Below are positions 57,440-64,000 of a DNA stretch of 64,000 bases, piece after piece (the first letter of the stretch is position 1; each line of letters begins with the position of its first letter). The position numbers and the translations under genes are program-made. The stretch lies in assembly GCA_021739635.1 (NCBI GenBank), contig JAIPBH010000001.1, positions 105,209 to 169,208 on the forward strand, written 5' to 3'. Source of the stretch: Flavobacteriaceae bacterium. Lineage in GTDB: Bacteria; Bacteroidota; Bacteroidia; Flavobacteriales; Flavobacteriaceae. Below the pieces are notes generated by a model. It was not told the DNA's origin, made no database searches, and was given only the letters and a program-made list of their open reading frames with translations.

Positions 57440-59998
57440 TTATTTAATAATTAACTTTTTGGTGATTGATCCAGAATCAGATTTTAATTTGATAAAGTAA
57501 ATACCTTTTGAGTAATTGCTTAAATCTAGATTGAAATTATTTTTAAGAACATCTATTTTACTCATAATTACTTTTCCAGTAATGTCATAAATATCAAACT
57601 GAAAATCTGTAATGCTCTTCATTTCAATGTTAAAAATGCCTGAAGCCGGATTTGGATAAATATGAATGTTATTATTTAAGAAATTAAAATCATTAGCAGA
57701 TAAAGCTTCTGAACAATTGTAAATTACAATATCATCAAGATACCAGCCATCTATACCATTACAACCATCACTACCAAACTCCCATCTAAGTTTTAATGAA
57801 GAATTTGCTGTTACTCCTAACTCCGTTAAATTGATTACAGTTTGTCCCCAAGAACTACTTGTAAAAGACCCTTGATCTACTCCAGAGAACGCATCTTCAC
57901 CCATCATAGGGTTATCATTATTTGTATTGTTAAGTGTTACATTATATCCATTTGCAATAAAAGCTACAGCTGGTATGACTGTCCAAGCACCTCCGTCTAT
58001 GCTGTATTTAACATTTCCACCATCATAGTTAACTTCAGAAGCAATATTATGATCAAAAGCTAATTCAAAATTTCCAGTTGTATAATTTGGTATTACAATA
58101 GTTGGGCTTTCTAAACGTATTATCCCATTTTGCAAATCAGTATCGCAATCTCCATTTACTGGATTTGGAGCATAAACTCCTTGACCAGCTCTTTGTTTTG
58201 GTAAACTAGTTTCAATAATCCATTCTCTTGATTCCCAAGTACCTGCATTTGTAGGTAGCTGTGAAACGGTCCATCCATTAGTGATACCTGACTCCCAATC
58301 TTCTTGAAAAATAGGATTAGTTCCTGCGGCTTCGCAGATAGGATCGTTAGCAGCTAGAATAGTAGTATACGCACAATCTTTTTCCAGTCTTAATTCAACA
58401 GCCAATAGTGCTTTAACAACTTCATTGTAATCACTTATTGTAATTATTTGTCCTGATAGTCCAGCTGGTGTTGATGTTGTGGAAAGGCCTTGTAAATTAA
58501 TACCAATCAAATCGTTGCAAGCAGCTTCAACGGCATCAGCAAATTCTGCATAACCACTGGTTTGAGTTAAATATTGACTTTGGGCTCTCCAAATAATGTG
58601 AACAGCTTTTGTGAATCCTAAACCTGCTACTGTTTGTCCATTATAGGTTCCGCCATCAACCATAAGAGCGTACGCATGGTTAGTGATTCCAGAATTAGAA
58701 TGCACGCCTCCATTATCAGATAAAGTAATATCACAGGTATAATTTGCGTCAGTAACTTTACCAGGATCAGCCCCAATACAATTTGGATCCCACATATCAC
58801 GTATTGCGCCACCAAAGGCCGATGCATCTTCACCCATTTTCCATCTATCTGAACTATTACAACCAGTACGTAACGCAAGGTTTTCTCCAACATCTTCATA
58901 ATTATTCAAGATATCAACTGTTTCACCCCATATGTCTGATAAGGATTCATTAAGTGCACCAGCTTCATAGGCATAAATTAAGTCACAAGTATATTCGGTA
59001 TAAGCATGACCCCACTCATGGGCTACAACATCATCTGAAGCAGTACCAGTACAATAGTTTGTTGTTACTCCATTCCAATTGGCATTAGGGCAATTAATAT
59101 CTGGGTTATTATTTATAGTTATCATTTTTGCACCAGCATTGTCATATGAGTCAATACCAAATGCGTTATAAAATAAGTAGTATGTATGACCAGCAGTTTC
59201 AACTTCATTTTTTTGCCATTGATTTAGAAAAAAGATAGATCCACCTTCGGTGTATTTTTTTGTACTGTAATCTACTTCGTAAAGTTCTCTAAATAAAGCA
59301 TGTGCCATTCCTGTAAATTGTTCAATCAATTTTCCCGAATGAGCATCAATAAATAAATATTCCCTAACATCTAAATCATTTCTAACTTCAATTCTATATG
59401 TTAAATATTTTGATGTAACAAAACCTTGAGCTAATCCTTTAGGAAAAACGTATAAGGTATTATTAATAATTTTGAGTGGAGCTCCAGAATTATTGATGTT
59501 TTGTTCTTTTACTAAATTTAAGGCTTTTAAATTAGCTTCTTCTTTAGTTAGAGTGGGCATTATATCTAAATTTATATCAGGTATAATATTTCCGTTAATT
59601 GAATTTAACTCCTCATTTTTATTGAAGTGAAAACGTAATTCACTATCATAAATAGGAACTCCTTTGTAATACTGTTGTACGATATAGTGTTTTAATCCAT
59701 AATTATCTGTTTTAATAATACCTGAATTAAAAGATTCACTCACATTTTTAATAGCATACATGTTTTTATTTGCTATTAAAAAATTATCAACTTTATTTTT
59801 AATAGTATTACCATTTAATACTAATGGTTTATTATTAGGAAATTTGATGAATGATGGTATATTTAAATTTTTATTTATACTAATGTTTGCCTGAGTATTT
59901 TTTTTAAAATTATCAATGGACTTTTTTGTGCTTTCTTGAGAAATTACAAAAAGTGAGGTAAATAATAAGGTAAGTGTTATAAGAGTAGTTTTCTTCAT
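57440..59998 (-). CDS. M4 (thermolysin-family) zinc metalloprotease with extra beta-rich domains and a T9SS type A sorting domain
   Basis: HEWGH zinc motif plus GALNESLSDIWGE (third ligand Glu). C-terminal IYPNPASG...GIYFIKL CTD. Confidence 0.85.
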   Translation of the reverse strand: MKKTTLITLTLLFTSLFVISQESTKKSIDNFKKNTQANISINKNLNIPSFIKFPNNKPLVLNGNTIKNKVDNFLIANKNMYAIKNVSESFNSGIIKTDNYGLKHYIVQQYYKGVPIYDSELRFHFNKNEELNSINGNIIPDINLDIMPTLTKEEANLKALNLVKEQNINNSGAPLKIINNTLYVFPKGLAQGFVTSKYLTYRIEVRNDLDVREYLFIDAHSGKLIEQFTGMAHALFRELYEVDYSTKKYTEGGSIFFLNQWQKNEVETAGHTYYLFYNAFGIDSYDNAGAKMITINNNPDINCPNANWNGVTTNYCTGTASDDVVAHEWGHAYTEYTCDLIYAYEAGALNESLSDIWGETVDILNNYEDVGENLALRTGCNSSDRWKMGEDASAFGGAIRDMWDPNCIGADPGKVTDANYTCDITLSDNGGVHSNSGITNHAYALMVDGGTYNGQTVAGLGFTKAVHIIWRAQSQYLTQTSGYAEFADAVEAACNDLIGINLQGLSTTSTPAGLSGQIITISDYNEVVKALLAVELRLEKDCAYTTILAANDPICEAAGTNPIFQEDWESGITNGWTVSQLPTNAGTWESREWIIETSLPKQRAGQGVYAPNPVNGDCDTDLQNGIIRLESPTIVIPNYTTGNFELAFDHNIASEVNYDGGNVKYSIDGGAWTVIPAVAFIANGYNVTLNNTNNDNPMMGEDAFSGVDQGSFTSSSWGQTVINLTELGVTANSSLKLRWEFGSDGCNGIDGWYLDDIVIYNCSEALSANDFNFLNNNIHIYPNPASGIFNIEMKSITDFQFDIYDITGKVIMSKIDVLKNNFNLDLSNYSKGIYFIKLKSDSGSITKKLIIK

Positions 59999-60070
59999 AA
60001 GGTTTTTTTAGCGTATTAAAATACAAATAATTAACTAAAGTTAAACAACTATTTTGTGTAAAAATTGTTA

Positions 60071-60103
60071 AAAAAAAGCCACCAAATTTTTGGTGGCTTT
60101 TTT
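60071..60103 (-). terminator. rho-independent terminator after the SusC/D-linked lipoprotein genes
   Basis: Stem GCCACCAAA / TTTGGTGGC flanked by A and T runs. Confidence 0.55.
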
Positions 60104-60130
60104 AAATATTTTAATTATAATTAAAAAAGA

Positions 60131-61423
60131 CTAATCTAAAGTTAGAACTTCTTTAAATGGGATACCACCAAATTCAGGGCCATTAAATGTTCCTCCTGAT
60201 TGATGGAAAGTTGGATAAACAATCATTTTAATAGTTCCATTATCATCTATTATTGTACCATAACCACTTAACCCATATGCTGGTTGAGGAGCATCATTAT
60301 AAGTTGACGTTAAATAAGGTTGTTCGCTAATAACAAATGAACCTGTACAAGGATCAGTTAAAGTAACTTTAACAGGAGTGTTTGTAACAATAACTTCACC
60401 CCACCAACCTTCAAACCATTGGAAAGCTATTCCATTAACCCATAAATCCCCATTTGAATCAATTGTTGTAACAACTTCCGATGTATATCCAAAATATTCA
60501 TACCAGGTTGCAGGACCAGACCAAGTTCCAGCAAAATTTGATAAATCTATAGTACTTTTTGTTCCTACTTCTTGAAATGAATAAGTATCACCAGTTTTAG
60601 TAACCTTAGCTAAGATAAAATATAAATCAGCGCAAATATCTGTAGTGTTTAAAGCTGCAGCAAATGAGTGCGTTTGACCGTTAATAACACCAACTTGATC
60701 AAAAGATAAAGTTAAATTTAAATCAACAGGAATATCTGTTGCATCATAGAAATCTGCAACAATGTAATATTCACCGTCAGGAGCAGCACCATCTAAAACA
60801 TAATGTTCAGCACTTCCACCATCTGCACCGTCTAATAAGGTAGTGTAAGGTACATCTGTAAGTAATAAACGTAAATCTGCAGCAGCATAAGCTCCTATTT
60901 CATTACCATAATTATCAGTAATAGTTTCTGCTGTTTCCCACTCTAATCCAATAGCTAAATCACCTTCTGTAAGATTGGCAATATTAAACGTTATAGTTTG
61001 AGATGATATACCACCAACATTAGATTCAAGTCCTGTACCAATTTTAATAGTAGCAGTCTCTGTATCTTCAATTAAATCGTCAGCGTGTAATAATATAACA
61101 TCCGATGCAGTAGTTTTACCTGCTGGAATCGTAATATTTGCTGGCATTGAAAAATCATCGCCATTTGTAGCAGTACCGCTTATTTGTTCTAAATAAACTC
61201 TAACATCTGCTATTTGAGGCTCACTTAAAGTAACTGTAAAAGCATAAGTAGCTTCTTGTTCAACTAGCGTTTGCGAATTAGCAAAATCTAAAGTAACACT
61301 TAACGATGGACTTTTGGCAGTTACTGTAGCTGCTCCAGTAGCATCATCTTCGTTACACGCAATAGTAAGAATGGCTGCACTCAATACTAAAGCTATTTTT
61401 ATAATATATTTTTTCATTTTCAT
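60131..61423 (-). CDS. surface lipoprotein with a Calx-beta-like domain
   Basis: Lipobox LTIAC. The segment ..VYLEQISGTATNGDDFSMPANITIPAGKTTASDVILLHADDLIEDTETATIKIG resembles Calx-beta. Confidence 0.55.
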   Translation of the reverse strand: MKMKKYIIKIALVLSAAILTIACNEDDATGAATVTAKSPSLSVTLDFANSQTLVEQEATYAFTVTLSEPQIADVRVYLEQISGTATNGDDFSMPANITIPAGKTTASDVILLHADDLIEDTETATIKIGTGLESNVGGISSQTITFNIANLTEGDLAIGLEWETAETITDNYGNEIGAYAAADLRLLLTDVPYTTLLDGADGGSAEHYVLDGAAPDGEYYIVADFYDATDIPVDLNLTLSFDQVGVINGQTHSFAAALNTTDICADLYFILAKVTKTGDTYSFQEVGTKSTIDLSNFAGTWSGPATWYEYFGYTSEVVTTIDSNGDLWVNGIAFQWFEGWWGEVIVTNTPVKVTLTDPCTGSFVISEQPYLTSTYNDAPQPAYGLSGYGTIIDDNGTIKMIVYPTFHQSGGTFNGPEFGGIPFKEVLTLD

Positions 61424-61429
61424 TTTTTT

Positions 61430-62347
61430 TTATTCTACTATTTTTTCAAGTACTTGATAAAATGTTCTTGGCCCAGAATTAGGCGTATAATATCCAAAAG
61501 ACATTACAAGTTGATCTGCACCATTTACATCGTCACGAATAACTATATTTGTATCAGCACCACAAGGTACTGTTGCCATGTCAGTAGGGTTTGATTCACA
61601 AGTGATAAATGGTTGTCCGTTTCCTGTTTGAGCATCGCCTGCAGGTGTTTCATCTGGATATGTAATTTTGTCATTTTCATCAATTTGAAAATACCACTCA
61701 TTACCATTAAAAGCTCCAAAATATTCAACAACTCTATAAGTTGTAGCATCAACAGATTCAATAACTGTTACCGCAGGATAGTCTACTTCAGTATAGGTTA
61801 AAACACCAATTCTGTAATAGGCAGCATCAACAGTTCTGTATAATCCAGCAAAACGAGTACCAACAGAAACTTTAGTTGTATTAGCATTGCTTACAACTTC
61901 TCCAGTACTTAAGGTTGAAACATAGCGAAGAGTCCAATAATCACCAATGGCTAATTCACCATCATTAGCAGGAAGTGGGCTACCAGCTAAAGTAAGTCCA
62001 GAAATTAAATCTTCGTAAGTGAATGAGGTTGAAAAGGTACCATTATCACCTATTGCAGTATCAGAAATAGTTATAGTATCATATAAAGCTTCGTTACTAG
62101 TTCCCGCAGAACTTGTAAAAGATTTATAGATTTCTACTTTTACTGTTTGTACGTCACCTTGGTAAACACTACCAGTTGCAGTATAGGTAGAACCGTTGCC
62201 CACAACATAACCAATTGCAGTATTATTCAGGGTTAATAAACCACCAGTAATGGCATTTCCTGTTAATTCATCATTATCTTCATCAATACAAGATGTAACA
62301 AAAGATAACGCTAGAATTAATGTTAAAAATATTTTTAAATTTTTCAT
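61430..62347 (-). CDS. surface lipoprotein, unknown function (SusD-adjacent)
   Basis: Lipobox FVTSC. Position immediately downstream of susD-like, as for SusE/F-type accessory binding proteins. Confidence 0.45.
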   Translation of the reverse strand: MKNLKIFLTLILALSFVTSCIDEDNDELTGNAITGGLLTLNNTAIGYVVGNGSTYTATGSVYQGDVQTVKVEIYKSFTSSAGTSNEALYDTITISDTAIGDNGTFSTSFTYEDLISGLTLAGSPLPANDGELAIGDYWTLRYVSTLSTGEVVSNANTTKVSVGTRFAGLYRTVDAAYYRIGVLTYTEVDYPAVTVIESVDATTYRVVEYFGAFNGNEWYFQIDENDKITYPDETPAGDAQTGNGQPFITCESNPTDMATVPCGADTNIVIRDDVNGADQLVMSFGYYTPNSGPRTFYQVLEKIVE

Positions 62348-62359
62348 ATTAATTTTTTT

Positions 62360-63805
62360 TTATTGCCAAAATAAAGGCGAAGTTAATAAATCACCACCAA
62401 TAGATGCAGCAGCTGCATCATAATTAGCTTTATTCAAAGATACTTCAGTTGTTGGGTAATAATAACGTGAAGGTACTTGACTGATATCTCCCTCAACAGC
62501 AGGAACTAAAGCTGGTACATTGGTTCTTCTTACTTCTGTCCAAGCTTCAAAACCTTGAGCAAATAAAGAAAACCATTTTTGCTCACCAATTTTTTGTCTA
62601 CCATCATTTTGATTTGCTAATACTAAACCTAATTGAGAAATATAAGAAGCAGAGCTTAATCCATTAAATTCAAAAGAAGCAGTAATACCATCAAAATAGT
62701 GAGCTTGAGCTCCAGCTAAACCACCTGAAATATAACCTTCATTAGCAGCTTCTGCCATTAAGAATTTTAATTCATAATAAGACATTAAAACACCAGGAAG
62801 TTCTGGATCTAAATAAAAATCTCCCAATCCTGAAATATTTGAGTAAGTGTAACCAAGATCTTCATTAGGTAGCGGAGTAGCATCTCCATAACCAGCTGGT
62901 TTACCAACTATTTGTCCACTAGCGTTTTTAGCAGCATAAACTGCTAAACGTCCATCATTTAAAGTAACCATTCTATCTACTAGTAATGAATTTACTTTAT
63001 ATTCTAATCTAGCTCCAAATACAATTGTTTCATAAATAGGGTTAGCATCAGGTTGTGCTGCTAAATAACTTACTTGAGCATTATCTGCATTTGAAGTCAT
63101 TAAGCCACCACCATTTACTAAAGCTTGTAATTCACTACCAACACTTCTAGTTGATGAAATTCTCATTAAAGCTCTAAATTTTAAGGAATTTGCAAGTTTT
63201 CTCCATTTTGAAGTGTCACCACCATAAAATAAATCTGAAGTTGCAACTATGTCACCAGTACCAGAAGCTAACATGGCTGCGGCATCAGTATACATACTAA
63301 TAATTCCTTCATATACTGTAGCTTCATCATCATAAGCAGGTTTAAGAATAGCTGGATCTAAGGCTTCTGTAAAAGGAATTGGACCATATAAATCAGTTAG
63401 GAATTGAAAACTACTAGCTTTCATAATCATTGCTACAGCTTGTAAGTTTGTGTTTCCTTCTTCTATGGCTAATTTCTCCATAGCATCAGCTTCAGAAATT
63501 ACACTAGCGTAGGTAGTATTCCAAATATTATCAATAACACTTCTACGTGGCTCATAACGCTCTTCAGAATTGTATTGTACTTTGGTCCATTGTTGAGCCC
63601 AAATAGAACCCATATCCCCACCAGTGCCACCAAGAACACCGTGCATAACGTTCATATAGACTCTTTGAGTTGTACCCAATAATAAATGAGCAGGTATTGC
63701 TACGGCATTATTTGGGTCTGTATTAAGTTCCTCAAAGTCCTTAGTGCAACTTGAAATTACCGATAAGGTAATAAAAGTGCATAATATTAATTTTATTTTT
63801 TTCAT
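62360..63805 (-). CDS. SusD/RagB-family nutrient-binding outer-membrane lipoprotein
   Basis: Lipobox VISSC, TPR-like helical SusD architecture, and a position directly after a SusC-like gene. Confidence 0.85.
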   Translation of the reverse strand: MKKIKLILCTFITLSVISSCTKDFEELNTDPNNAVAIPAHLLLGTTQRVYMNVMHGVLGGTGGDMGSIWAQQWTKVQYNSEERYEPRRSVIDNIWNTTYASVISEADAMEKLAIEEGNTNLQAVAMIMKASSFQFLTDLYGPIPFTEALDPAILKPAYDDEATVYEGIISMYTDAAAMLASGTGDIVATSDLFYGGDTSKWRKLANSLKFRALMRISSTRSVGSELQALVNGGGLMTSNADNAQVSYLAAQPDANPIYETIVFGARLEYKVNSLLVDRMVTLNDGRLAVYAAKNASGQIVGKPAGYGDATPLPNEDLGYTYSNISGLGDFYLDPELPGVLMSYYELKFLMAEAANEGYISGGLAGAQAHYFDGITASFEFNGLSSASYISQLGLVLANQNDGRQKIGEQKWFSLFAQGFEAWTEVRRTNVPALVPAVEGDISQVPSRYYYPTTEVSLNKANYDAAAASIGGDLLTSPLFWQ

Positions 63806-63817
63806 AATATAATTTTT

Positions 63818-64000
63818 TTAGAATTTTAAATTGATATTGAAACCTATGTTTCTAGCAGATGGATATTGTCCAAATTCTTGACCTTGATTTCCATTAGAAC
63901 TACTAAATCCTGTTTCTGGATCAATATGAGGAGCCACTTTATATAATATAGCTAGATTTCTACCAACTACAGAAAACTTAAGAGACTCTATTGGCGTATT
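63818..64000 (-). CDS. SusC/RagA-family TonB-dependent transporter, C-terminal end (partial)
   Basis: My own translation ends ..PSARNIGFNINLKF*. The terminal aromatic residue and beta-strand pattern are typical of SusC. Continues beyond the window. Confidence 0.7.
   Translation of the reverse strand, partial: NTPIESLKFSVVGRNLAILYKVAPHIDPETGFSSSNGNQGQEFGQYPSARNIGFNINLKF

Noticed and set aside
578-58899. Short antisense or alternative-frame ORFs nested in long genes. Examples are 578-787, 2317-2520, 4758-5177, 7688-8059, 10155-10352, 12093-12353, 13257-13496, 17222-17491, 18193-18387, 20179-20565, 24067-25407, 29902-30474, 33497-34114, 41168-41776, 45472-46388, 48553-49137, 51618-51872, 52377-52586, 56874-57071, 57842-58899, 60378-60575 and 61543-61801.
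   Set aside because: Each is embedded in a longer ORF on the other strand or frame that has clear family motifs. Their low-complexity Ser/Leu/Ile/Phe-rich translations are typical of shadow ORFs in AT-rich DNA.
1-64000. tRNA, rRNA, tmRNA, RNase P or other standard RNA genes, and transposase, integrase or IS elements.
   Set aside because: Scanning the intergenic regions by eye, I found no T-arm-like GGTTCGAATCC-type motifs or cloverleaf-sized GC-rich segments, no rRNA-like conserved blocks and no transposase- or integrase-like ORFs. A tRNAscan/Infernal run would be needed to exclude small RNAs formally.

Overview
Low-GC (roughly 30% by eye) chromosomal segment of the Bacteroidota/Flavobacteriia type. 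Supporting signs are SusC/SusD genes, three T9SS C-terminal sorting domains, TAnnTTTG-like -7 boxes and a bTHX ribosomal protein. About 80% of the window is ordinary housekeeping: kynU (partial), msrA, lpxK, lipA, murB, valS, psd, cdsA, ftsH, rsfS, birA, pyrE, coaD, ddl, rluD, yaaA, rhlE, radC, rarA, rlmB, two ECF sigma factors, transporters and envelope proteins. I found no rRNA, tRNA, CRISPR array, transposase or integrase. The unusual content is non-coding. (1) Short tandem-repeat satellites (7-, 8-, 10- and 11-mers) occur at five loci. One is a ~390-bp tripartite heptamer array upstream of rhlE, one is a 28-nt run inside the valS reading frame, and one supplies the ddl stop codon. (2) An accessory, partly GC-rich stretch at about 36-46.6 kb holds several features. 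These are same-strand single genes separated by spacers bounded by inverted repeats, a decayed gene-free gap, and ~205-bp direct repeats bracketing terC plus a methyltransferase. It also holds a ~50% GC orphan ORF (I recall it as DUF6266-like, unverified) preceded by 3x11-mer and 6x10-mer iterons and a 50-nt inverted repeat, next to an excisionase-type HTH gene. (3) A small hairpin motif (GTCA-stem-GAG..CGAAG-stem) recurs four times, once in frame inside a CDS. I see no recognisable defence, toxin or secretion system. The iteron/orphan-ORF/HTH module and the satellite family are the best candidates for undescribed biology, and their functions here are inference only.
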